The notes beneath the pieces are model-generated. The model was not told the DNA's origin. It saw only the letters and a program-made list of their open reading frames with translations, and ran no database searches. A stretch of 64,000 bases of DNA from Scenedesmus sp. PABB004. Lineage: Eukaryota. This document shows, in pieces, positions 12,802 through 24,432 of this stretch. The number at the start of each line of letters is the position of its first letter. The stretch's first letter is position 1. The position numbers and the translations under genes were made by a program. The DNA lies in NCBI GenBank assembly GCA_014905635.1, contig JABVCE010000035.1, forward strand, positions 186,001 to 250,000, given 5' to 3'.

Positions 12802-15570
12802 ATGAGGGCGAGCGCGTGGCGGGCGCAGGGACGCGCCGGCGCGCCGCCGCTGCCGCCAGCGCGCCGGCGCTGCTGCGCCACACGCGCCGCGGCGACCGGC
12901 GGTCGTGACCAGCCACAGCGCTGGCAGCCACAGCAGCCACAGCAGCCACACGGAGAGGCGCTGGCGCAGCTGCTCGCTGCCGCCGCGAGCGCGGCGCTGC
13001 TGGTCGCGCCCGCGCCCGCGCGCGGCGAGGAGATGAGCCTCGCCTTCCCCGCGTCCCCCAATCCTGAGATCCGCCGCGCGCAGCAGACGCTGGTCGAGAG
13101 CTGGTGCGCCGCTGCGAGGCCGCACCGCCGCCAAGGCTGCGCGGCACGCTGCGCCGCTGACCGCGCGCGCACACGGCCGCGCCTGCAGGGCCTACGTGCA
13201 GGGGCTGTACCTGGACCCAACGTTCTCGCACCTGGACTGGTCCAAGGCGCTGCAGGCGCGCGCGGCGGGCCGGCGAGAGACACCTGCGGCTGCAGCTGGC
13301 GCGAGCCGAGCGCCGCCGCACGGCGCCGCGTGCCTCTCTCGCAGGACGCGCTGGCAGCGAGCTTCAAGGCCCGCAACGCGGCCGAGGTCACGCGCGTCAC
13401 GGAGGGCCTGCTCGCGAGCCTGGGCGACCCCTTTACGCGCCTGCTCACGGGAGACGACGCGGCGGCGCTCGCTGCCGAGGAGCAGGGCAAGGCGCGCGGC
13501 GGCGCGGCGGCGCGGCGGCGCAGCGGCGCGTGCGCCCGCCGCGGGGCCGCGGCGCGCGCGCGTGCATCCGCCGCGGGGCCGTGCCCGCGCGGCGCCCCGC
13601 CCGAGGCGACGACCACACTGAGGTCGCCCGCCCGCCCCCGCCGCAGGTCGTCGCGACCGGCATGGGCCTGCAGCAGGTGGACCTCGCGCCGCCGCCTGGC
13701 GGCGCGGACGGCGGCGCGGCGGCGCAGCCGCAGCAGGCGCTGATGGTGTCGTTCGTGGTGGAGGGCAGCCCCGCGGCGGCGGCGGGCGTGGCGGAGGGGG
13801 ACGTGCTGCTGGACGTGGGCGGCGAGGCCGTCGCGGGGCGGGAGCTGCGGTGAGGCCGCGCTTGCTGCTGCGTCGCTGCGGCGGCGCGGCATGCGGGGCG
13901 ACGGATGCGCCAGTGCTGAGCTTCGCTTGGCACTGCCGCCGCCGCCTGGCGCGCCGCGGCGCAGGCAGGTTTACAAGCTCTTGTCAAGGGAGGCCGACGT
14001 CACGCTGCTGCGCGGGGCAGCGGGCGGCACCGGCAGCGCAGGCGGCGGCGTGCTGCCGCTGGCGCAGCTGGCGCCCGCCGCGGCGCCCGCGAGTGACGGC
14101 GGTGGCGGCGCCGGCGGCGACGCGCCGTCAGCGCGCGCCCGCGTGCTGGCGGCGGCTGTTGCGGCGGACTACGACGCTCAACGGATGTACACGGTGCACC
14201 TGCGGCCGGAGGCGCTCGAGTTTGCGCCCGTGCAGGTGCGGCGGGCGCGCTCGCGGCGCGCCGCCGCCGGACGGGGACCGGCGCGGGGCCGGCTCCAGCT
14301 CAACTGCGCCCAGCGGCGGCCGCACCGGGCGGAGGTTCCTTGCTTGCCTGAGGCTCGACCAGCCCCCGCCGCGCTGCCCCGCGCAGTATGGCGTGATCGA
14401 TGTGGGCCAGGCGCTCGCCGCGCGCGCCGGCAGCGGCAGCGACAGTGGCGGCAGAGTTGACAGCGGCGGCGGCAGCGACGCCGGCGGCGGCAGCGGCAGC
14501 GGCGGCAGCGCTGACGGCGGCGGCGGCGGCCGCAAGGTGGCCTACCTGAAGCTCCTGACCTTCTCCGCCTCTGCGCCGGCCGAGGTGGCCGAGGCGCTGG
14601 TGGACATGCAGGACCTGCGCGCCGTGACGGCCGCGGCGCGCGCGGGCCTGCCGGCGCCGGACGCAGGGCTCGTTGGGGTCGTGCTTGACCTCCGCGACAA
14701 CCCGGGCGGCCTGGTGGAGGCGGGCGTCGAGGTGGCCAAGGACTTTCTGGACGTGCGGCGCGCGGGGCGGCAGACGCACGGCCCCGCTGGCGCCAGCGAG
14801 GGGCGCGCGCCGCCGGCGCGGCGCCGTGCGACGCGGCCGCGGGCGGGCCGAGGCGCTGCCGCCCGCGCGCGGCGCCGCGCCCGCAGGAGGGCCAGGTGCT
14901 GTGCGTCGCCGTTGACAAGAGCGGCGAGGAGGAGCGCGTCGTGCTGTCGGCGTCGCACCGGCTCACCAACCTGCCGCTGGTGCGTGAGCGCGCGGCCGCG
15001 CGGCCGCGAGCGCGGCGCGCGTGGGCGGCAGCTCGGCGGCGCCCGACTGCCTTTGCGGGCGCCGCCAGGTGCTGCTGGTCAATCGCAACACAGCGAGCAC
15101 TGCGGAGCTCGTGGCCGGCGCGCTGCACGACGAGCTCGGCGCGCCGCTGGTCGGCAGCCGCACATACGGCAAGGGGCGCTCGCAGCGCGTCGTCGCGCTC
15201 GCCGACCCCGGCGCCACGCTGCTGGTCTCCACGCTGCGCTACTTCACGCCGCGCCACACGGCGATTGACCAGGCGCGCGACGCCCGGCTGCGGCGCGCGC
15301 GCGCACAGGACGCTGTGAGCGCGCGAGCAGCCCGCTCGGGGGCGCCCGCGTCCAGCCGCCGCCGCCGCCGCTGCCGCCGCCGCGCCGCCGCGCCCGCAGG
15401 TGGGCCTGCCGCCGGACGTGGCGTGCGACCCGCAGGAGGTCGGCGGGCAGCGCTGGCGCGGCGGCGCGGTGGGCGGCGCCGGCTCGCTGCTGGACGACCC
15501 CTGCATCCGCCTCGCGGCGGGGCGGCTCGCGGGTGTCGACCTAGAGCAGCAGCAGGACGGCGGCCGGTGA
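12802..15570 (+). CDS. ctpA: Carboxyl-terminal processing protease (CtpA, peptidase S41) with PDZ domain; probable chloroplast/thylakoid lumen transit peptide
   Basis: QQTLVESW, YLDPTFSHLDW, LLASLGDPFTRLL, PDZ GSPAAAAGVAEGDVLLDVGG, VLDLRDNPGGLV, VLLVNRNTASTAE (catalytic Ser), RTYGKGRSQ (catalytic Lys), VGLPPDVAC. Eight introns. Confidence 0.9.
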
Positions 15571-16163
15571 GCAGCGGTGAGGCGGGTGACCACGCGGCTG
15601 CCGCCTCGCAAGCCAGTGCCGACGCATGCGCTAGGTCGCGGGAGCACACACACCCTCGATACGCCAGGCGGTCGCCGTCCCCCGCGGGAAAGCGGGGCCG
15701 TCGCCCGCGATGTTATGGCCCGCCATGCGCGCCTGGTGGGCCGCCGCGCGCTGCGCGCGCGCGCCAGACGCGACGGCAACCCTCGATCTTGCAGCCGGTC
15801 ATCCCGAACACAGCCGCCACGCTTCAGGTGCGGTGCTGGGCCTGTTTGTTGCGGCCGCGGGCCGGACTGCGCACGCCCGAAGACCCCGCCCGTCCGGCGG
15901 GAGCCTTCTCACTGCCCGGTGTAGCTTCCTACCGCGGGCGACACCGCTTTAGAGCGCATCCCTGGCCGCTGCTCGCCGGCAGCCGGGGAATCGGCCGCCC
16001 CGGCGCGCCGGCTGCCCCGCAGGAGCAGCGACCGCGCCCCGAGCGCCAGAAGACCGCTGCCAACGGCCAGGAGACGAGCGGAGAAGCAGCCGCGCGGCCG
16101 CACCGGCGCCCGCGGGCAGCAGCGCCGGCATCGCCGGCCCGGATCGATCGATCGAGAGCGAGC

Positions 16164-19100
16164 ATGAGCTCCCGGATTCCTCGCGCGGGCTCGGCGGCGC
16201 TCACGCTGCTGGCCCTGGCCCTGGCCCTGCTCGGCGGCGCGGCGGCCGGCGGCGCGTCGCCGCTGGCCGCGCCGTGCGCGCCCGGCACGTACTTAGATCG
16301 CGCGTCCAGCGCGTGCGCGCGCTGCGCCGCGCCATTCTACTGCCCCGGCGGCGCCACGGCGCCGCGGCGCTGCAGCCGTGCCCTGCCCAAGGAGGTCGTG
16401 GCGACGCTGCGCCCGGGCGCGACGAGCGCCGCCGACTGCCGTGCGTGGCGCGGCTGCGCGGGCGCTGGCCGCAGCTCGGGGGCGCCGGCAGCCGCTGACC
16501 GCCCCCGCCGGCCCCTCCCACGCGCAGGGGCGGCACCCGGCTGGCAGCTCCTGCCGGGCGGCGACGCGGAGCGGCCGACGCTCTGCCCGATCGGCTCCTA
16601 CAAGGTTGGTTGGAACAACCTGGCCTGCAAGTCCTGTGGGCCCGGCTTCCTGACCGACGGCACCGGCACGACGCGCCCGCGCGGCGAGTGCTACTTCCCG
16701 GCCGGCTCGGGTGCGCGCACGTGCACGCGCTGCGGCGGGCAGCCTCGGCGCGCTGCGCGCGGGGCGCGCCGCCGCCGGCGCCAGGGCTCGGCGGCGCGGC
16801 CCAGCCTGCACCGCTCACGCGCCGCAGGCTCGGTCCTGGTCGGCGGCACCGTGAGCGTGGTGCCCTGCCTCGCGGGCGCGTACGGCCGCGTGAGCAAGAC
16901 CTACTTCAGGGCGCGGGTGATCGACTGCAAGCCCTGGTGCGGCGGCTGAGGCCGCGGCGATCGCAGCAGCGGCCACCGCGCGGCTGCTGCCCCGCCTTGC
17001 CGCTCCGCCCTCGACCCGCGCCGCGCCGCCTCGGTCCCTGCCGCCGTGTCGCAGCGGCCCAAACCTGGTGACCGCCGACCAGGCGCCGCGCGCCGCCGTG
17101 CCAGAGACGCTGCCGCCCAACGCGGGCCCCAAGTCCTGCCGTGAGTGGCTGAGCGGCGCCTACGCCAGCTTGCGCGCGGTCGCGCTGAACACCGCACGCC
17201 GCCTGCCGCCGCAGTGGCTGCCCCGGGTCACCGCATCGTCACGCGCAAGAACGGCATGGCGGCGGAGCCCTGCCCCAAGGGCAGCTTCAACGCCGGATTC
17301 AACGCTGTCCGGCAGTGCCGCCCCTGCCCCAGCGCCACCACCACCAAGGGCGTCGCTGCCGCGTCTGAGAACGAGTGCAGTGCGTGGCTGCGCAGGCTCG
17401 CTGGCGCGCCCACCAACCGGGCGCGGGGGACCCGCGCGCCACGCGAGAAGCGCGCTGGCAACGCGCCTGCCCGCTGCCGCCCACTGCCGCGCCGCCCTGC
17501 CGCCGTGCACGCAGCCGAGGCGGTGAGCAGCGGCCTGCCGCCGGGGTGGGGCGAGGGGTCTGTGTCGGGCGAGACCGTCGCGCCGTGCGCCAAGGGCACC
17601 TGGTCGCCGGGCGGCCTGGCGGCCAACTGCACCGCGTGCCCCCCGGGCAGCACGACGCTGGGGTCCACCTCGTCAAACTCGACACAGTGCTCGCTCTGCC
17701 TCGTGGGCCACGGTAACCTGGCGCCAGGCGTCGGCTGCGCGCCGTGCGCGCCCAGCACGTACAGCGATTCCGAGCAGGCAGGGCCGTGCTCGCCGTGCCC
17801 CGACGGCTTTGTGTCGGCCGCGGGTGCGCGCGCCCGCAGCCACGGCGGCATGCTGGCGGCCGCGCCGCACAGAGCGGTTTGGCAGGCCGTGTTTTGAGCC
17901 CCCGCCGCGCTCGCGCGCCCCGCGCGCAGGTGCCACCAGCATCACGCAGTGCGTGCAGGGGGTGCAGCCGCTTGACCGCAGCGTCGCCAGCGTCAACATG
18001 CCGACCGCCGCAGTGCCGGGCGCCGACACGGTCGACGCCTGCGGCGCCGCGTGCGCCGCCAACGCCAAGTGCATTCTCTTCAGGTGCGCGCTGGCCGGGG
18101 CGGGGCGTGGCACGGCAGCCTGGCTGCGGGCGCCGGCTGCGCCTGCCCTGCCAGCGCGGGGCGCGCCGACGCCGAGCGTTTCTGGCCATGCACACGCAGG
18201 TTTGCCACTGGCGCGTGCGAGCTTGTCCTGGAGGTGTGACCCGGCGAGGTTTTGCTGGCGGGACGCGCGCCGCGCGCGGCGCTGCAGGCCGCGCGGGCGG
18301 GCTTGCGCTTGGGCGCACCCCGCTGCTGCGCGCCGCGGCGCGCACGCCGCCCTGCGAACCCGCTGGCCGCCACGCGCCGCACACGCTGCTGCCGCAGAGT
18401 GTGGCCCCCAGCGGCCCTGCTTTCCTGTTCATCCCCTCCCGTGTGTACGCCGGCACGGGCGGCGCGCGCCGGCGCGCGCTCGCTGCCACGCTTGTGCGGC
18501 TCGTCGGCAGCCTGTTTGGCCTTGCCCCCGACCAGTTGCTGGGCGAGGCCATCGACGCCCCGGGGCTGCCGCTGCGGGGTGTGCCATTTGACGCGTGCGT
18601 GCTGGCGTGCGACACGCGCCGCGCGACGCCGTGCATTGCGGTCATTGCGAGGCGCGTGGGCGGCGCGGACAACGGCGACGTCGGGCAGGGAACGTTTGAC
18701 TGCGACCTGCGGAAGCCGTCGCCAGCCGGCGCCGGCGGCCAGCAGAGCGGCTTTGTGGCCGCGCGCGAGCGGCTGTACCTCTCCGGACGCGAGCAGGCGG
18801 ACTGCAGCGCCGGAGCGTGCCCGCGCGACTGCCAAGGCGACTGGCTGGTCGGCGGCTGCAGCGCCGCGTGCGGCGCTGGGATGCGCACGCTGACGTTCCG
18901 CGTGACCAGTGCGTCGCGCGCGCCGAGCACCGCTAATGCGGGCCTGCCGCTGCCCACGAGCCGCAGCTGCCCCCGCCTGACTGTGTGCGCCGCCTGCGCC
19001 CACGCTGCCGGGTTCGCAGCCGCCGCCGCCAACGGCGGCGAGCAGTGCGTGGGCGCCAACGGCACCGCGCTGCAGGACGGCGACACCGCGAGCGTCGCGT

Positions 19101-22100
19101 GCAGCGAGCGCCCGTGCCCTGTGGACTGCGTCGGCGCCTGGTCCACCGCGGGCGCGAGCTGCAGCACCACGTGCGGCCCTGGTCTCATCATCGAGACTTT
19201 CACCATCACAACGCCGCCGGTAGCCGGCGGCCAGAGCTGCTCGCAGGCTGACGGTGACACGCGCCAGCAGGCGTGCTCGCTTGGGCCCTGCCCCTGGCCG
19301 CCAGGTGGGGGTGCGGCCGGACGATGCGGCGCTGCCGACCCCGGCGCTGCCCCGCCCTGGCGCGCCGCGCTGGGTTTGCGCCCAGCCCACCTGCGCGAGT
19401 GCTGCCTCCCGCCTCGCAGTCGTCGCGTGCCCCGCCGACATCAGCACCCAGCTCGCGGCGGCGGGCCAGAATGCTGCCTGGCCGTCCACCTGCGCCAACA
19501 CGGGGACCGGCCAGACCTGCGCCGGCAGCTGCACCGGCTCCAGCAGCGGCACAGCGCCCGTCGCCACGTGCATGGCAGGCCAGTGGAGCTTGACGACGAC
19601 GTCCACCTGTCAGGGTGAGTGCGCTGTGCTGCGCTGCGCCCGGGCCGCCTGGCAGCCGCCAGCGTGCTGCTTGACTCACGTCCGCTCGCGCTGCTGCACG
19701 TGTGGCGCCTCGCAGTCACGTGCCCCGCCAACATCAGCGCCCAGCTCGCGGCGGCGGGCCAGAACGCGGCCTGGCCGTCCACCTGCGGCAACACAGGGAC
19801 CGGCCAGACCTGCGCCGGCAGCTGCACCGGCTCCAGCAGCGGCACAGCGCCCGTCGCCACGTGCACGGCAGGCCAGTGGAGCTTGACGACGACGTCCACC
19901 TGTCAGGGTGAGTGCGCTGTGCTGCACTGCGCCCGGGCCGCCTGGCAGCCGCCAGCGTGCTGTTTTACTCACGTCCGCTCGCACGTGTGGCGCCTCGCAG
20001 TCACGTGCCCCGCCAACATCAGCGCCCAGCTCGCGGCGGCGGGCCAGAACGCGGCCTGGCCGTCCACCTGCGGCAACACAGGGACCGGCCAGACCTGCGC
20101 CGGCAGCTGCACCGGCTCCAGCAGCGGCACAGCGCCCGTCGCCACGTGCACGGCAGGCCAGTGGAGCTTGACGACGACGTCCACCTGTCAGGGTGAGTGC
20201 GCTGTGCTGCACTGCGCCCGGGCCGCCTGGCAGCCGCCAGCGTGCTGTTTTACTCACGTCCGCTCGCACGTGTGGCGCCTCGCAGTCACGTGCCCCGCCA
20301 ACATCAGCGCCCAGCTCGCGGCGGCGGGCCAGAACGCGGCCTGGCCGTCCACCTGCGGCAACACAGGGACCGGCCAGACCTGCGCCGGCAGCTGCACCGG
20401 CTCCAGCAGCGGCACAGCGCCCGTCGCCACGTGCACGGCAGGCCAGTGGAGCTTGACGACGACGTCCACCTGTCAGGGTGAGTGCGCTGCGCTGCGCTGC
20501 GCCCCCGCCGCGCCCGCGCCGTACCCCGCCGCGCTAGCGCGGCCGCACGACTGGCTGTTGCAGCGCGGCTTGCCTCCCTCGCGGCCCACACTGCGGCCCG
20601 CCTCCCTTGCGCAGTGGCAAACAGCCCGCCCACCCTGACGCTGAGCCCCTCAGCGGCGAGCGTCGTGGTTGGGTCCGGGACCACACACGTCTCCACGGCC
20701 GTCGGCAGCGACCCCGACGCCGGCCAGTCGCTCACCTATTTCCTCGTCAGCGCGGGCGCGCTGCCGCTCGCTCCCTTAAGCGTCGACCCAACCACCGGCG
20801 CGGTCGTCCTGGACTCGAACGACACTGCACTGCTCCCGGGCTCATACTCCGTCGTGGTGCGCGTGTCGGACGGCTCTGCCAACGCCACCGCAACGCTCAC
20901 CCTCACACTAACGTGGCCGGCGCCGGCGTTCAAGATCCGGGGCGCGAGCACGCCGGCCACCGTAGTCTTTAGTGAGGACACACTCTTCACAGAGGCCAGC
21001 TTTGTCACCGACCTGAGCGCGAACGACCCCATCGGGAGCGTGACTGTGGCCATCGCCTGCACAGGCCTCCTGCTGGGCAGCGCCAGCCTCACCGGCACCG
21101 GCGCCACGCGCACCCTCGGCCTCAACCCAACCACCAACGCAAACGGCGGCACCACGTGCACCGTGACCGCCAGCAACGCCCACAACAGCGCGAGCACGCC
21201 GTTCTCGGTCAACGTCTTGCCAGGTCGGCGAGCCGCCCCGCGGCGCGCACGCGCGCGCGGCCGCCTGCAGCCACCGCCGCCGCGGCGCTCGCGCTGCCGC
21301 GGCGCAGCGGCCTTGTCGCGGCGCGCGCGCGCGCCGACGCCGCACCCTCCTGCCCTCCCGCGCGCGCCCTCCCCGCCCGCCCTGCCCGGCGCACGGCGTG
21401 CAGTGAACGACGCGCCGCTCTTCACGCGGGGGCCGGATGTTACCGTGACGTCCGTCTCGGGTGCCGTCAGCCTGCCCGGCTGGGCAACTTCCATCAGCGC
21501 CGGGGCGCCCGACGAGGCCGGCGAGCCGCTGACGTTCACACTGACGCCTGCAGACGCCAGCCTCTTTAGCGTCGGTCCCAGCATCAATGCAGTCACCGGC
21601 ACGCTCGCCTTCACCGTGGCGTCTGGCGCATCCGGAAGCACGACCGTCACCGCCCGGCTCACCGACGGCGGCAGCCTGTCGGCGGCCGCAACGTTCACCA
21701 TCACCGGTGCGCGCCCGCGCCCTGCGCCCTGCGCCGCTGCCGGCGCCGGCGCCGGCGCCGCTGCAAGCACGCCGGGGGCGCGCGCGCCGCGCGCGCCTTG
21801 ATGGAGGCCACGCCCTGACCGCGCGCCCCCGATGCCCCGCGCCGCCTCCACCGCCTGCACCGCTGTGCGCGCCGCGCAGTCACGGCTGTCAGCAGCTACG
21901 TCGTGGCCGTCAGCTACGATGGTTTGCTGGGCGGCGGCTCAATCGCAACCTGGACGGCGAGCGGCGACACAGTCTCGCTGGGCGGCGGCCACGTCGCCCA
22001 GCTTTACACGACAAACGCCTCACCCACAACAAGCCTGCTGCAAGTTGTCGCCGACACCGGATCGTCGAACACGGGGCGCTTTTACAGCTACGGCAACGCC

Positions 22101-22662
22101 GGCAGCACCGACCGCGCGCTGGGCTCCCTGAGCTCCATCACTGCATCCGGGCTCCTCTTTGCCACCATCCTCGCAACCAACGCCCCGTTCACGGCGACGC
22201 GGGCCGAGGTGCGCCGCACGCGGCGCGCGCCGTGCTGGGCCACGCCGGGACCGCCTGGGAGCCGCGCGCGCGCGGCAGGGTCCCACGCCCACCGGCGCCT
22301 GCGCCGTGCAGATCACCTATGTGGTTGAGACCTGGCGAATCGGCAACAACCCGGCGGACTTGACCGCCCAGCTCAACTGCTGGTTCCAGGTCACCTCCGG
22401 CGCACTGGCCGCGCGCCCGACCGTCCCGTCGGCCACCGCGGCCAACGGCCGCCTCGACCTCGTGCCGACCGTCGGCTCCTCGACCGTTGGTCCCAAGGAC
22501 GGCAATAACGCGGGCAACCGTGCGACGTACACCGTCACGCTGAGCGGCATCAGCCTGCCGAGCGGCGGCTACCTCGCTCTGATCTGCAATGACGTCGACA
22601 CGGCCGGGTCAGACAACGGGATGGCCATCGACGACCTCTCCGCCACGCTGTTTGAGACGTGA
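16164..22662 (+). CDS. Large secreted mosaic protein: Cys-rich GCC2/GCC3 (ephrin-receptor-like) repeats, PAN/apple-like units, 2 TSP1-like repeats, 4 sushi/CCP-like repeats, 3 cadherin/bacterial Ig-like domains and a C-terminal beta-rich domain
   Basis: Signal peptide MSSRIPRAGSAALTLLALALALLGGAAAG. Motifs CPIGSY, CPKGSF, CAKGTW..C..CPPGSTT; DCVGAWS...CSTTCGPG (TSP1); SDPDAGQSLTY...VRVSDG; VNDAP.F. A continuous frame can be built with GT-AG introns up to the stop at 22660-22662. The middle exon junctions (18230-18520) are less certain. Confidence 0.75.
19420..20477 (+). repeat. Four tandem exon+intron units (period 293, 285, 285 bp) encoding a repeated ~64-aa four-Cys module
   Basis: Exons 19420-19614, 19716-19907, 20001-20192, 20286-20477 encode V(V/T)CPA.IS.QLAAAGQNAAWPSTC.NTGTGQTCAGSCTGSSSGTAPVATC.AGQWSLTTTSTCQ. 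Exons 2-4 look identical, and the intervening introns are nearly identical. Confidence 0.97.
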
Positions 22663-23434
22663 CGCGGCGCGCTCCTGCGGCGCGCTGCTGCGGCGGGGCC
22701 GGGCGGGTCTGGGGCGAGGCTAGGAGGCAAGGAACACGGCGGCGCGACGGGGCCGAGCTGAACTCGTCATCCTGTTGGTGATACTCTAGTCAGGCGGCAT
22801 ACATAGCGCATGTCGCGCAACTCTCTCACACTCTTGCGCGGAGCGCTCGCACCCTCTCACACTTGGTCATGTTTGTTGCGCCGCTCGCAACTCTGATGTT
22901 TCACGGGACATAATTGCGCGCTGATCGCCACGCCTCCCACCGCCGGACGCGCGGGCGGCGACCGTCCTTGGAGCTGGGCCGGGCGCCCGCGTGCGACCCT
23001 GGCTGGCGCGGCGGCCGTCCAGGGCCTGGCCCGACCCCCCATCTATGCCGGTGCCGTTGGGATCGCTGCTTGTTTTGACTAGCTGACCACAATGACACGG
23101 ACGGCAGAGCTGGCGCGGGGGGTGCCGTGTGACGCGCGGCCGCTTGCGTCCTCGGCCCCCTCCCTAACCAGCCAGCCTGCGCACCCGGCGCACGCCGCGC
23201 CGCGAACGCAGTCGCAGAAACCCGCGAGCGCGCGGCGGCGGCTGCACCCCAGAGCAGCCGCTGCGGAGCCCGCCACACTCGCGCGGCTCTCTTTCCGCTC
23301 TCCCGCGACGCGCACGGCCTACGCGCACGCCCCGCACGTGCCCCGGCCGCAGCCCCGGCCCAGCCGCCGCTGCCCGGCCCGGCCGCCGCTGCCCGGCCCG
23401 GCCGCCGGGGCCGCTGTGCCCGCCGCACGGCGCT

Positions 23435-24400
23435 ATGGAAGATGCGGGTCCTACCGAGTGCGCTCGCTGCGCGCTCGCGCCGCGCGGCGCAGCCGCCGCC
23501 GCTGCCGTCTGCTGCTGCTCGCCGCTGCTCAGCGCGGCGCCACGCGCGCCGGCCGGCGCAGGGCGCCCAAGCCCGGCAAGGCGACGCGCAAAGCCAAGCG
23601 ACGCAAAGCCGGCAGCGGCGGCGCGCTGTGGGGCGCGGCGGCGGGCTGGCGGGTGGTCGACGCAGGCGACGAGCTCCTGCTGGGTGCGGAGGAGGGCGGC
23701 TTCGCCGGCCTGGAGGTGCTGGAGGACGTGAGCCTCCTGGACGCGGGTGCGGCGGCCGTCCGGGGGCCACGGCGGCCGTCCGGCGCGGCGCGCGGCGCTG
23801 GCGGGCCGCCCCGGCGCGCGCCGCGCACGCCCACGCGCGCTGCTGCCGCGGCCCGCAGGCTGCCTGGAGCAGCTCAACGCGGCGGCGGCGCTGGCGGACG
23901 CCGAGGCAGCGGTCGCCGGCGACGCGAAGCCGCGCAGGACGCAAAAGCAGCGCGCGGAGGCGAAGGACGCCGGCGCCGGCGCCGCGCAGCAGGGCGCGCG
24001 GGCGGGCGGCAAGCGCGGCCGCGGCGGCGCGCCCGTGGGCGGCGAGGCGGCCGCCGGCGAGGAGGACGTCGGTGCGCTGCGCGCACGGCTGCAGCAGCTC
24101 GAGGCCGAGAATCGGGCGCTGAAAATGCAGAAGAAGTCTGAGAAGCGACCCAAGGAGGAGGCCGCGCAGCAGCAGCGCGGCGCGGCGGGCGGCGCCGACG
24201 CGCCGGCCGGCGGCGGCGGCGGCGGGGCCGCGGCCCTTGACGGCGAGAAGCTCAGCCGCAAGCAGCGCAAGGCCGCGGCGCGCCAGGAGAAGCTGGCCGC
24301 GCGGCGCGCGCGGCTGCTGGAGGCGCGCGCGGCAGCCAAGGCGGCCAAGGCGGCGGCCAGGGCCGGCGGCGCGGCGCCCGGCGGCGACGCCGGCGCCGGC

Positions 24401-24432
<32 letters not shown>

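Noticed and set aside
19420..20477. Regularly spaced repeats as a CRISPR-like array
   Set aside because: Units are about 285-bp exon+intron duplications with near-identical 'spacers' in a eukaryotic gene, with no cas genes.
20615..22662. Bacterial contamination or chimeric contig
   Set aside because: The bacterial-like domains are interrupted by typical host GC-rich GT-AG introns and are in frame with upstream algal-type exons.
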